A DNA stretch of 64,000 bases from Solirubrobacteraceae bacterium (GCA_035486935.1 DATHMQ010000106.1:1187-65186); one strand, 5' to 3'; positions 47,763 through 58,043 are shown, numbered from the stretch's first letter. Translations and numbers: made by a program. The notes: a model not told the origin generated them from the letters alone.

Positions 47763-49046
47763 TCACTGCCACACGCGCACCCAATCGATCAGCATCTGAG
47801 CAGGGAAATGGGTCGAGGCGTTCGGTGCGCCAGGCCATTCCCCGCCGACCGCGAGATCCATCAGCAGGAAGTAGGGATGCTTGAACGGCCAGGCAGCTCC
47901 CGCCGGCAGATCGGCTGGGGTGATTGTCTTGTACACCGAGCCGTCGAGCATGAAACTGATCCGTTCGGGTTCCCATTCGACGCTGTAGGTATGGAAGCCG
48001 GCCGACAGGGGCGTGGCCGAGTCCGCCTGGCCCTGAACTCCTGTTGGCGCCCACGGCCATGGCGCGTGCAGCGTGCCGTTGACTACGTTCGGTTCTGAGC
48101 CCAGGACCTCGGCCGTGTCGATCTCACCGCACGCCGGCCACGCTTCGGACCCTTCGTAAGCTTCGCTGCCGAGTGCCCAGAACTGAGCCACGAGGCCCTT
48201 GCCTGAGGGCACCTGAATGCGGGCTTCGACCAGTCCGTACTGGAACTGGAAGGTGTTGAGCGTTTGCAGCCTAGCTGAGGTGTAGTTGCGAGTGATGCCG
48301 TCTTTGCCTGTGTATCCTTCGGTGCGGGCGGTGATCGCTAGGTGGCCTTGTCCGTCGAGCTCTGCGTTCGCGGGACGGGAGGTATAGGACTCGAGCTCAT
48401 CGTTACCCCAGCCATTGCCACCGGTGTCGAATTGCCACTGAGAACCCGGGGAGGATCCGGCTGGTCCATTGAATTCATCGGACCAGATCAGCTTCCTCTG
48501 CTTGGTGGTGCTGGGTTCGGATGGCGCTTCTTTCGTGGTCGGTTCTTCGGGGGCCGGGGTCGTTACAGGTTCTTTAGGCGCCGGTGCTTTCGCCGGTTCT
48601 TCGAGTGTGGGTGATTTGCTCGGTCCTTGTGGCGCCGGAGTCTTGGTCGGCTGTTCAGGCGCCGGAGGCGTGGGTGGCGTTTCTGGCGTCGAGTTCTTGG
48701 ACGTCGGGGTTTGCGAGGGAAAGAGTTCTTGGGGAAAAGATTCCGAGCCAGGAGACGTCGCAGCGGACGAGTTCGACGGCTCGGGCGACTGAGTGGCTGT
48801 CGCTGGGTCGCTGGTCCGGCTGTGTTTCGCCGCGGCCTTCTTGGTTGTGTGGGTCGCCAAGATATCCTTGGCGTTGCGCGTACGGCGTCGCCTGTCTGCG
48901 CTGCGGTGGCGCCGAGAATGATGTGCCGCGGAGGACGCGGGGACATGACGTCCGGAAGCCAGCCCGCTATCGGGCGAAGCCAGTAGGAACGCAACGATCA
49001 TCAGATAGGCGCATACCGCTGCGGGAGCGGATTGGTAGCGTGCCAT
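47763..49046 (-). CDS. Secreted GH16 with polybasic and Pro/Thr/Glu-rich N-terminal linker
   Basis: Signal peptide; WSDEFNG, GWGNDELESY and catalytic EIDTAE. Confidence 0.92.
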   Translation of the reverse strand: MARYQSAPAAVCAYLMIVAFLLASPDSGLASGRHVPASSAAHHSRRHRSADRRRRTRNAKDILATHTTKKAAAKHSRTSDPATATQSPEPSNSSAATSPGSESFPQELFPSQTPTSKNSTPETPPTPPAPEQPTKTPAPQGPSKSPTLEEPAKAPAPKEPVTTPAPEEPTTKEAPSEPSTTKQRKLIWSDEFNGPAGSSPGSQWQFDTGGNGWGNDELESYTSRPANAELDGQGHLAITARTEGYTGKDGITRNYTSARLQTLNTFQFQYGLVEARIQVPSGKGLVAQFWALGSEAYEGSEAWPACGEIDTAEVLGSEPNVVNGTLHAPWPWAPTGVQGQADSATPLSAGFHTYSVEWEPERISFMLDGSVYKTITPADLPAGAAWPFKHPYFLLMDLAVGGEWPGAPNASTHFPAQMLIDWVRVWQ

Positions 49047-49176
49047 TCGCTATATGTTTCGTCAGGATCACACGACTGTTGAGCTAGCCTAGTCGACATG
49101 GACGCATGGCTCAATCGGATCCTGCGCGCGGTAGGATCGGCCGATCATCGTAAGATTTCGCGGTCGAGTCCTAGCC

Positions 49177-50031
49177 TTGGGCGGCCTTTTTGCCGTCATC
49201 GTAGCGCTTGCAGCCACCGTCGAGGCCGCAAGCCGTGAGGGAGGTGGCCCCACTCGGCGCGTGCATTCCGTCAGAGGCGGCTCATCGAAATGGCCTCGGC
49301 TGATCTGGTCAGACAACTTTGAAGGACCCGCCGGGAGCAGTCCGAGCTCCAAGAAGTGGAGCTTTGACACGGGCGGCAGCGGTTGGGGCAACCATGAGCT
49401 CGAGTCCTACACGTCGAGGCCTATGAATGCGGAGCTCGACGGACGCGGGCATTTGGTCATCACCGCACGTGCAGAAACCTACGCGGGGCGCGACGGAATT
49501 GCGCGTAGCTATACATCCGCACGCCTGCAGACATTCAACGAGTTCCAGTTCAAGTACGGGCTGGTTGAGGCGCGTATCAAGGTGCCGAGCGGGGCAGGCC
49601 TGATCTCTCAGTTCTGGGCGCTTGGCAGCGAAGCTTACGAGAGCTCCTCAGCCTGGCCGCGCTCTGGCGAGATCGACACGATGGAGGTGCGGGGATCGCA
49701 GCCACATGTGGTCGAAGGCACTATCCACGGACCATGGTCGTGGGCTCCACATGGCGTGAGCGCGAGTGCGCACACGTCGGCCTCGCTGGCTTCGGGCTTC
49801 CATGTCTATGGAATGGAATGGACTTCCGACCGGATCAGGTTCATCCTCGACGGCTATGTCTACCAAACGATCACCCCGACCGATTTGCCGACTGGGGCCG
49901 CGTGGCCATTCAAGCACCCGTATTTTCTGCTGATGGACCTAGCGGTTGGTGGGGAATGGGCCGGTTCGCCCAACTCCACCACGCCATTTCCGGACATGAT
50001 GACCGTTGACTGGGTGCGCGTCTGGCAGTGA
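49177..50031 (+). CDS. Secreted GH16 (start uncertain)
   Basis: WSDNFEG, GWGNHELESY, catalytic EIDTME and DWVRVWQ. Confidence 0.92.
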   Translation: MGGLFAVIVALAATVEAASREGGGPTRRVHSVRGGSSKWPRLIWSDNFEGPAGSSPSSKKWSFDTGGSGWGNHELESYTSRPMNAELDGRGHLVITARAETYAGRDGIARSYTSARLQTFNEFQFKYGLVEARIKVPSGAGLISQFWALGSEAYESSSAWPRSGEIDTMEVRGSQPHVVEGTIHGPWSWAPHGVSASAHTSASLASGFHVYGMEWTSDRIRFILDGYVYQTITPTDLPTGAAWPFKHPYFLLMDLAVGGEWAGSPNSTTPFPDMMTVDWVRVWQ

Positions 50032-50302
50032 TCATGGGTGATTCGACCAAGCTGCCCCCAAGATTCGAGTGGGAGCCAGACCGGAGAGGCATGACCGCGC
50101 CAGACAGATGGTCGCGTTTGCGCCAGCCCAGCGGTCAAGACAAACAGCGATCCCACAATGGCTCGATGGAGCCGAAATTGTGAGTACCCCGTGAGCGTGG
50201 AAGCGATTCACGACCTAGCCACTTGTAGGTGTTCGTCTCAGTCCGCGGGACTGCTGCGCGCGTGGTAAAGCCTAGGCTGGGGAGCTGCTGTAATATTGCC
50301 GG

Positions 50303-51013
50303 ATGCAATCAGGGGTTGCACGCACGGTATGGGCTCGCGCTCCGCTTATGCACGGCGATCAGCAGAACTACTGCTTCTCGTTGTCGCTAGAGGCGCTCCA
50401 GTGGTTGGAGGATAATGTCGAACCCTCGATGAGGACCCTTGAGACGGGCAGCGGCGCTTCGACCGTCGTCTTTGCGTCGCGTGGCTCTCGTCATACGGCG
50501 ATCTCGCCAAGAGCGGCGGAGCACGAAGCTATCCGTGTCTACTGCGATGGGCAGGGCATCGATGTGAGCGGCGTGACCTTCGTTGCCGAGCCTTCGCACA
50601 CAGCGCTTGCGCGCGAGAGCGAACCGATCGATATTGCCCTCCTCGACGGGGCTCACGGATTTCCATATCCGGTCCTGGACTGGTTTGAGACTCAAGGCAA
50701 GCTGCGAGAGGGCGGAATGCTGCTCGTGGACGACTCGTACATCCCGACCGTCAACATGCTTGTAAGGTATCTGCGCCACAGCTCGGACTGGGAGTACATC
50801 GGCGCTCCTGGCGGTCGGACAACCGTCTTTCGCAAGATGCGGGACGGGCTCCCTAGCTTCTTTGACTGGCAGGCCGTTGAATCGGCTCGCGTGAGCTTCA
50901 GCTATCTGCCGCTCAGCCAGCGCATTCCGGCCTTTGCTACGTACGTGATCACCCATCGGGCGCCGGGCATCGCAAAGCATCTCAGCGCCGCGCGCCGTCG
51001 CGCAGTTCGCTAG
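50303..51013 (+). CDS. Class I SAM-dependent methyltransferase (Methyltransf_24-like)
   Basis: TLETGSGAST, IALLDGAH and GGMLLVDD motifs. Confidence 0.85.
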   Translation: MQSGVARTVWARAPLMHGDQQNYCFSLSLEALQWLEDNVEPSMRTLETGSGASTVVFASRGSRHTAISPRAAEHEAIRVYCDGQGIDVSGVTFVAEPSHTALARESEPIDIALLDGAHGFPYPVLDWFETQGKLREGGMLLVDDSYIPTVNMLVRYLRHSSDWEYIGAPGGRTTVFRKMRDGLPSFFDWQAVESARVSFSYLPLSQRIPAFATYVITHRAPGIAKHLSAARRRAVR

Positions 51014-51105
51014 GGGGCGTGGGTCTTTGCGATTGGTATGCGTAACTGGCGGGCATCGGCGTTGATAGCGCTGGGTTCGGCCCAGTAGCTCCATTGATGT
51101 ACGAG

Positions 51106-52407
51106 TCACGGTTGGCGTAGGAATCTGACCAGCAGCGGGACCACCGCTAGGCAGATGATCGCGTTCGCCCCGAGCCACGCGATGGCGACACCGTCGATCC
51201 CGTGGCTGTGAGCTAGCGGGATAGCCGCGCCGAGTACGAGCACGAGCAGGGCAAGCTCGACCAGCGCCAAGCGCGTCCCGCGTCCTTGCGCTCGCGAGAC
51301 CGCCGAGAACAGCGCGGTCACCGCGCGAAAGACGCTTCCGCACAGCAGCAACCGTAGCGCGGCAGCCCCGTGTTCGACGTAGGCGCGCCCGAAGGGAAGC
51401 ATCACCAGTGGTGCCGCCAGGGCCAGCAGCGCCGCAGCCGGCATCAACAGAGCCAGCACGCGGCGGGTGAAGACCCCGGTGAGGGTCTGCAGACTCTCGT
51501 GTTGCAACGTTCCCTCGACGACCAACGATGAGCAGGCGCTGTAGGCGAAGGTGTCAAAGGCCAGCACGATCGTAAACGGCATCGCGAAGTAGGCGCTCTG
51601 TGTGGCGCCTAGAATCGCGATCACCAGTAGCGGCAAGACGGTCAAAGTTGCCTGAGTGAAGATGGAGGCGAGGTAGTCCTGTGCGAGAAATCGCACAACC
51701 CGCCGCCTACCGATACGCGCGATCGAGGATTCGCGTATCCCGCTCGCCAAGTGCGCGGGAATCGCCCGCCGGAACACCAGCAGGTTGACCGGGACAAGTA
51801 GCAGCGCCATCGGCAGGGCCCACGCCAGGAATACTCCGTTGATCGCGCCGCTCGCCAACAAGAGAGGCAAAGCGATCAGCTTGAGTACCCCGAACACGCC
51901 GTTCTTGACGGGTATGTACGGCGCCTGCCGTGTCGCCGTGAGAGCGGCATCTTGCAAGGCGAACAGCCCCCACAGGGTAAGTGCAGCCACAAAGCCAAGT
52001 GCAAGTGTCGTTTCGCCGCCCAGGTAGCTCAACTGGTGTGACACGTTCGGCGCCACCAGTACGAAGGCGGTCCCCACCAAGAGCGCAACCGCGGCTGTCA
52101 ATACATACACGCCACCCAGAGCTCGTGCGCTGCGTTTCCCGAAGTTGGGCAGAAAACGGGCGATGCCGTTGCCCATGTTCAATTGGCAGACCGTAGAGAT
52201 CTCGATCATCACGGAGATCAGCACCGTGTCCCGACCGACCTCGACAGTCGTGTAAAGCCGAGCGGCGGCCACCCAGAACACCATTCCGAGGGCCGAGGTG
52301 ATTGCGGTGTTGGCGAGCAGGCTGTAGGCGCTGCGCAGCAGATGGCGCGATGCCTGTGCGGGCTCAGCCGTGCGCGGAACAGCGGACACGCATATGATCG
52401 CATCCAC
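51106..52407 (-). CDS. Flippase-like polysaccharide biosynthesis membrane protein (start uncertain)
   Basis: SAYSLLANTAITSALGMVFWVAAARLY; many TM helices. Confidence 0.85.
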   Translation of the reverse strand: MDAIICVSAVPRTAEPAQASRHLLRSAYSLLANTAITSALGMVFWVAAARLYTTVEVGRDTVLISVMIEISTVCQLNMGNGIARFLPNFGKRSARALGGVYVLTAAVALLVGTAFVLVAPNVSHQLSYLGGETTLALGFVAALTLWGLFALQDAALTATRQAPYIPVKNGVFGVLKLIALPLLLASGAINGVFLAWALPMALLLVPVNLLVFRRAIPAHLASGIRESSIARIGRRRVVRFLAQDYLASIFTQATLTVLPLLVIAILGATQSAYFAMPFTIVLAFDTFAYSACSSLVVEGTLQHESLQTLTGVFTRRVLALLMPAAALLALAAPLVMLPFGRAYVEHGAAALRLLLCGSVFRAVTALFSAVSRAQGRGTRLALVELALLVLVLGAAIPLAHSHGIDGVAIAWLGANAIICLAVVPLLVRFLRQP

Positions 52408-52527
52408 GGTTCTCAACGACGAGTCGACCGGGCTGCAGGGAAAAAACGTTTGGGCTCTTCTTCGATCGCCGTTCGCTGTGGCTCGGCGCATCCCGTATCA
52501 TCGAGTCCGCAGGTTTGGTCCACTGTG

Positions 52528-53424
52528 CTACCCGGTCGCATCGAGGCTATTCCGCACAGACTTAAGGTGCAAGTCATTGGCCACTTCGCCCCGCAGGACC
52601 GCAATCAAGTGATCGAGGTCCTGAAATGCTGCGTCACGCAAGGCGATGCTGACCTGTTCGTCAGTGTTGAGATCGGTGGAGATCCAGAACTTCGCTTTCC
52701 GACTTCCGGCCCCGTGATGGTAAATCACGTCCCCATATATGCCGCCAACGAGAAAATGGCAGTTTACGTTATTGCTGCGCTCAAGTGGGCCGATCGTGCG
52801 GCCCAACCGCCTAAACTCGTCAGTGATGTTCTGTCCGACATCTTGGCCCATCTTACGAGAAAATGACACGTTGAGAGCACAAAGATCGCGCCGACGTACA
52901 CAAAGACCGCTAACGTGTATGAAAGGATGGATGGCCGGTTCCATCTCGTTCCTATATACACCTGCCAAAGCGGCGCCATCTTCGCACGCTCCAACAAGAA
53001 CGTCCAACCAATCGTCACGTACCGGGAAGGAATCCGTGTCCAGCGTAACGATGTACTCGAAGTCAGTCGACACTCTACTGGCGAGATAATCGAGAGCCTT
53101 CGGGTGAGCCAGTTCCATCAGGCGACCAACATGCAAAACTGGAATGCGATTGGCAAGGCGACCAAGGCTCGAAAACCATCTGGCGGGCAATATTCTTACG
53201 TGTCGGTATCGTCGCATAAGATCACGGTGCGACTTGAGATGTGAGTTATCGAAGACAAGGACTTCATAGTCCCACCCGTTGGAGTGCCGCTCGATCTGCC
53301 GCAAACACAAGTCGATCCATGGGTAGTCAAGGGCTTCAGCTTCTTTGTAGTGGCCCCATTGGTCTCGCCTATCGAACCCATTGACAAGCAAGATTGCAAT
53401 ACGGACATTTTGTCGATCGTTCAT
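52528..53424 (-). CDS. Putative GT-A fold glycosyltransferase
   Basis: YEVLVFDNS, HPKALD, TLDTDSFP (DxD); ATGA overlap with upstream gene. Confidence 0.6.
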   Translation of the reverse strand: MNDRQNVRIAILLVNGFDRRDQWGHYKEAEALDYPWIDLCLRQIERHSNGWDYEVLVFDNSHLKSHRDLMRRYRHVRILPARWFSSLGRLANRIPVLHVGRLMELAHPKALDYLASRVSTDFEYIVTLDTDSFPVRDDWLDVLVGACEDGAALAGVYRNEMEPAIHPFIHVSGLCVRRRDLCALNVSFSRKMGQDVGQNITDEFRRLGRTIGPLERSNNVNCHFLVGGIYGDVIYHHGAGSRKAKFWISTDLNTDEQVSIALRDAAFQDLDHLIAVLRGEVANDLHLKSVRNSLDATG

Positions 53425-55436
53425 CGCTCTGCAGCCTGTTTGCGGCGTCGGGCCAGACGCCTCCGGGTAAGGCTGTTCCGGTGGCCCAAAGGTTTCGATT
53501 CGAAGTGCTCCATAAACGGAACGGAACTCAAAAAGGGATTATGGAGAAGCTGACGCAAACCCCTTGTCGTAGGTGATCGATGCTCCCATCGGCTTGCTAT
53601 AAGTTCATATATTTGCACAAATTTATTTGCATACCAAAGCCGGAAGTCCGGCGATTGTGCCACAGCATTCTCAAGATGTCCAAGTGCACCTGGCGGCGTG
53701 AGACGAAAAACTTCCGCATAGGTGGTCTCGTCCTTATCGAATACGATATATCCGTGTTTCGCATATCCGCTGATTCTTGCCGCTACGTTCGGTACCTGGG
53801 CTGCTCCGAGTTGCCGGTCGTCAAAGACGGTCTCAGTCAATAGGTTTGGGTTCGCATCACCTTCCGGACCTAGGAATTCTGGATAATCCGCACCGTACCT
53901 GAATGGAAAGCCGGGGGCTGCAAGGACCAGCACCGACTTAGGGCGTCCGTGATCGTAAAACCACTCACTCGCGCGAACTTCTGCTGGTGAAATTATATTA
54001 AGCTCTTCCTCGCCAAGAAAAGAGGGGACGAAAAGGGCCGTGAAAGTCACTGCTATGGACATTGTCAGTGCCCATCTCAGGCGTCGGCGGCCAACAGTTG
54101 CCAATGCCCACGATATCAATGCCGCGCACCACGGACTTGAAAACAATATTATGCGCAGAGATGCCTCGCCGCCATAGTTTTGCCCGAATAGGACGAAGAA
54201 TGGAGACAAAGCAAACACGACAAACGGCAATGCTCGCATCAGTAGCCCGAGCTTGAGTAGGCGAATGACGGCGCACACGCTGAACAGCGAGAGGACGGCG
54301 AGAAAAAGCAGCTCTATGTAAGTGTTAAAAAGCTTGCCGGGTGTTGGGGAGCGAGCGAGCGTTGCGCCTTGACCCTGGGCATTGTTGAACGGATCTATGC
54401 TGGTGAAGACGCCATAATTATGCTCGATGAAATGGAGGTTCGCAGCAAGATAGGTGAGCGTCATTACGGCCATTGCTGCCAGCATCCACCAAGGACGTAT
54501 AACACGAGTCAGCATCAAGATGGCAACGCTAACTAGCAACATGTAAGGTGTCAGCTGATGGCTTGCGACAATGACAGCGTCAACGCCTAGCGCGACTGTT
54601 ATGGCGGCCCATCGAGGCCATTTTGCGGTGTCTTGCATCTGTACCGGCAACTGGGGAACCCTGCCTATGCGCTCGACCCAGCGAGTGAGTCGTAGGGAAT
54701 AACTGGACTCATTGGTCCTTAGCTGCCTTAGCAAGACTACAATCATGGCAAGGCACAAGACAAATGCAAACGCCTGAGGTGAATAGTAAGTCTGCGCAAC
54801 CCAGTTCGTGATTACGAAGAAGAGCCCTGCGCAGGCCGCGATTCGGATCTCTCGCGTGACTGCCTTCACGGCCGCCATTACGAGGACGGCGTCAAGCAGT
54901 AGAAAGATGAGCTCGGCCCAGCCAGCATATACCTCGGGATTGGGATTGCCGCCAAGCTGTGAGAATACGGCTCCGAGCGCAAAGAAACCAGGCCAGCGAT
55001 TGTAGATGTCGACTTTGGCGTTGACCGTGCCGTGGGCCTCGATGTAGCGGACCACCCCTATGTGCTTGTAGACCCAGGCGTAGTGCGGTTGGGCGGATAG
55101 CACCGGGACCGTGCCAAACAAGATGACCGCTACAACCAATACGTAGCCGACCATGATCAGGCTGCTGGTGCGCCGAATCGTGATCGCGGCGACTGCGCCC
55201 ACGAGGGCTAGGGCTAGCGAGAGATACCAGGCGATCGGCAGAGCAGGGGGAAGTCCATAATCCCCGAGGTCATAAGGGTTGAGATGGAGTAGCGACACTC
55301 GCCAGAGGACGAGCGCGACGAGCATCGGAAGAGCAAGCACCAGCATGCGCGATCGCGGGCCGGCAATCAGAGCCTGTGGCGGCGCCGGCACGAGGCAGTT
55401 CTGGACGGTGTCGGCGGGTTGAAACAGTGTGTTCAC
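53421..55436 (-). CDS. Polytopic membrane protein, possibly a GT-C-like polymerase/transferase
   Basis: More than 10 TM helices; WVYKHIGVVRYI, YNRWPGFF, QTYYSPQAFA and SHQLTPY motifs. Confidence 0.7.
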   Translation of the reverse strand: MNTLFQPADTVQNCLVPAPPQALIAGPRSRMLVLALPMLVALVLWRVSLLHLNPYDLGDYGLPPALPIAWYLSLALALVGAVAAITIRRTSSLIMVGYVLVVAVILFGTVPVLSAQPHYAWVYKHIGVVRYIEAHGTVNAKVDIYNRWPGFFALGAVFSQLGGNPNPEVYAGWAELIFLLLDAVLVMAAVKAVTREIRIAACAGLFFVITNWVAQTYYSPQAFAFVLCLAMIVVLLRQLRTNESSYSLRLTRWVERIGRVPQLPVQMQDTAKWPRWAAITVALGVDAVIVASHQLTPYMLLVSVAILMLTRVIRPWWMLAAMAVMTLTYLAANLHFIEHNYGVFTSIDPFNNAQGQGATLARSPTPGKLFNTYIELLFLAVLSLFSVCAVIRLLKLGLLMRALPFVVFALSPFFVLFGQNYGGEASLRIILFSSPWCAALISWALATVGRRRLRWALTMSIAVTFTALFVPSFLGEEELNIISPAEVRASEWFYDHGRPKSVLVLAAPGFPFRYGADYPEFLGPEGDANPNLLTETVFDDRQLGAAQVPNVAARISGYAKHGYIVFDKDETTYAEVFRLTPPGALGHLENAVAQSPDFRLWYANKFVQIYELIASRWEHRSPTTRGLRQLLHNPFLSSVPFMEHFESKPLGHRNSLTRRRLARRRKQAAER

Positions 55437-55440
55437 CGCG

Positions 55441-55917
55441 TCACCGTCCTGCCGCGCTTGCCGGAGACTGAACAGGTTTCCTGACTATCGCGACGTTGCG
55501 GCGCAGATCGGCAACGAGCACCGTACACGCAACCAGCCCGAGCACAATCGCCCAACCAAACGGATGCCACCAGCCGGTCCACACCATCAACAGGGCGCCG
55601 AAAGCCTCAATCGTGAAACCGAAGCCCACGGCCAGCCCAAATGCCTCGAGACCATCTTCCACAGGCAGGCGCGTGAGCAACGCGCCGCCGGGAATCAGAC
55701 AAGCCGCTGCCAGTACCAGCAGCAGCCGCGCGGTACCATGCGACTGCAGCAGGCAAACCGCCACGGTCGCGGCCGCGAGTACCAGCAGCAGGCCATCGGC
55801 GGTGGCGCGGCGGCGCGGGTCGCCCAGCCAGCCTGTATGCAACTCGTGCGTCGCCGTCGAGGAGCCTGTCGGAGCGTGTTCGCCGTGACCGCTACCCGGT
55901 GCCGCGTGTGCACTCAC
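55441..55917 (-). CDS. Small membrane protein (about 4 TM helices)
   Basis: GTGA overlap with upstream gene; hydrophobic segments and IPGGALL. Confidence 0.65.
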   Translation of the reverse strand: MSAHAAPGSGHGEHAPTGSSTATHELHTGWLGDPRRRATADGLLLVLAAATVAVCLLQSHGTARLLLVLAAACLIPGGALLTRLPVEDGLEAFGLAVGFGFTIEAFGALLMVWTGWWHPFGWAIVLGLVACTVLVADLRRNVAIVRKPVQSPASAAGR

Positions 55918-57215
55918 CGGAGTGCCTCCAAGCGACTGGCCAGATAGGCCAGCGGCCCATAGAGCAGGCCGGTTCGCTCCAAGCGGGTCAGGCTCGGGGG
56001 AAACGCATCTCCCCGGGTTGCGTTCTTGCGCGACGCTGGGGCCGTGTAGTAGCGAGCGGCTTGCGGCATGCGCGAGATCATTCCCCAACGATTGGGCCCG
56101 ACGAGCAGGTGCTTGGTCAACATCGCGCCAAGCGCAGCACCATAGTCAAAGGCGCGTCGTCGTAGATGTGCATGGGTGTCGGGATGGCGGTGCCAGACTA
56201 CCGCGCGCGGTTCGTAGGCCAGTCGGCTGCCGGCGTTCAGCACGCGGATGCAGATGTCGAGATCCTCGCAGCCGCGTGAGCGGGTGCCGGTGCCCAGAAC
56301 AGGGTCGAAGCCGCCGAGCCGACGCAGCGCTGCCGTGCGGAATGCCATGTTGGCTCCCGAGCCGAAGTAGCCGGCCGTGTAAGGGAACAGCGGCTGGTCG
56401 GGAGGCGGCTGATTTAGTACGTAGGTGCGTGGAAGGAAGCCCTTGGCGTAGCCGGCGAAGCGCTCGACGAGCAGCTGCGCCTGGGTCTCGAGCTCGAGCG
56501 GGAGGATCAGCCCGGTCATGCAATCGACGTCCTGGCTCGCCGCGAAGGTGGCACGGATCGCCGGCAGCCAGGCCGGGTCGACGATTACGTCGTCGTCGGT
56601 GAATGCCACCAGCTCACCCTGCGCGGCGCGTAGGCCGGCGTTACGAGCGCAGGCCAGGCCCGGGCGATGCTCCTCGACGTAGCGAACTCGCCGATCGTCA
56701 CCGAAGTGCTCCTCGAGTGCGCGCTTGACCGTCGAGTGGGCAGGCCTGTTCTCGACGACGATCACCTCGTACGCATCGCTCGCCGTAGATTGGATCGCCT
56801 CGACGCAGCGGATGGCGGTCTTGGCATCCGCGCAGGTGGCGATGACCACGCTGACGAGCGACTGCCCCACCGCCCCTGGCGTCGAGGTCTCGGTTGGCGG
56901 ACGACCCCACCCGGGCCCTGTACCAACGTCTCCATCCGGCACAGCCACTTGCGGAAGATCGGCGACAGGGCCCAGATCCTCGAGTGAGACCGTGCCGTCT
57001 GGGCTCACAGGAAAGGAACGCCAGCCAAGTGGGTAGCCGTCTTGACGCACGAGCACGAGCAGTTGGCGGTAGGCATACCCACCGCTGCTGAGCGGCAACT
57101 GCAGCTCGCCGGGGCTTTGCTCGAGATCGATCGTGCGCACGGCGACCGGCGTTTGCCCGTCGAGGCACTCGATCGACGTCTGTGCGAGAGGCATCGGGGG
57201 CGCGCTCACTGCCAT
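55914..57215 (-). CDS. Glycosyltransferase family 2 with N-terminal accessory domain
   Basis: GLACARNAG, FTDDDV, GSGANMAFR and GCEDLD motifs. Confidence 0.9.
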   Translation of the reverse strand: MAVSAPPMPLAQTSIECLDGQTPVAVRTIDLEQSPGELQLPLSSGGYAYRQLLVLVRQDGYPLGWRSFPVSPDGTVSLEDLGPVADLPQVAVPDGDVGTGPGWGRPPTETSTPGAVGQSLVSVVIATCADAKTAIRCVEAIQSTASDAYEVIVVENRPAHSTVKRALEEHFGDDRRVRYVEEHRPGLACARNAGLRAAQGELVAFTDDDVIVDPAWLPAIRATFAASQDVDCMTGLILPLELETQAQLLVERFAGYAKGFLPRTYVLNQPPPDQPLFPYTAGYFGSGANMAFRTAALRRLGGFDPVLGTGTRSRGCEDLDICIRVLNAGSRLAYEPRAVVWHRHPDTHAHLRRRAFDYGAALGAMLTKHLLVGPNRWGMISRMPQAARYYTAPASRKNATRGDAFPPSLTRLERTGLLYGPLAYLASRLEALR

Positions 57216-57982
57216 GCCCCACCTCCCAGGCCCGTGCGGCGCCTGAACTTGCGCACAGCCCGATAGCCACGCGTGCGCAGCCGCTCTCCGTGCCACGCAT
57301 AGGGGGCCCCTTGGCCGTCGAGGATCTGAGCGATCTGCTCGGTGCTGGTGGCAGTGCCGACGGTGAAGCGCGCGATCGCCCAAGGGTCGTCCTCGGGGTG
57401 AGAGAGAGCGTTCTTGACCGCTGCGGCAGAGCTGAAGCCTGCGTCGATGACCGCCGCGCGCACACGCGCGTCATATGCGCCGAAGGGGTAGGCGAATGTG
57501 TCGACACTGCGGTCGATCATCTGTTCAAGGGCTTGCTTGCTGTCTGACACTTCGCGCTTCATCTCCTCGATGTCAAGCTCGTCCAGCGGCGGGTGGTTGA
57601 CGGTGTGTGCTCCCAACTCGACCGTCTCCGGCTGGCGTGCGAGTTGCTCGAGTTGCTCGCGGCGGATCATCGGGCCACTGTCGATTTGACCGGTTGTCAC
57701 ATAAACGCTTGCGCGCAGCCCGCGCTCGCGCAGCAGTTCGACCGCACGCACTGTGTCCTCGTAGGCGTCGTCGAAGGTGACGGCCACTGCATGCTCTGAA
57801 AGCGGGCGCTCACCGCGCAGTCCGGCGGCGATCTCAGCGACACTGACCGGTGTGCGTCCGCTGTTCGCAATTGCATTGACGTGCCTGGCAAATTGCTCGT
57901 AGGGGACCGACAACGGGTCGTCGGCGGTGGAGATGTCGGGCACCGCGTGATAGAGCAGTACCGGGATTGCTCGAGACCTCAT
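57206..57982 (-). CDS. Polysaccharide deacetylase (CE4)
   Basis: PVLLYH, TFDDAY, GAHTVNH and FAYPFG motifs. Confidence 0.93.
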   Translation of the reverse strand: MRSRAIPVLLYHAVPDISTADDPLSVPYEQFARHVNAIANSGRTPVSVAEIAAGLRGERPLSEHAVAVTFDDAYEDTVRAVELLRERGLRASVYVTTGQIDSGPMIRREQLEQLARQPETVELGAHTVNHPPLDELDIEEMKREVSDSKQALEQMIDRSVDTFAYPFGAYDARVRAAVIDAGFSSAAAVKNALSHPEDDPWAIARFTVGTATSTEQIAQILDGQGAPYAWHGERLRTRGYRAVRKFRRRTGLGGGAWQ

Positions 57983-58043
57983 CGCCGTTAAACGATCGCA
58001 GCAACTGAAGCGGCGTGAGTGGGTAGGCTGAGCAGTGCCTTTG

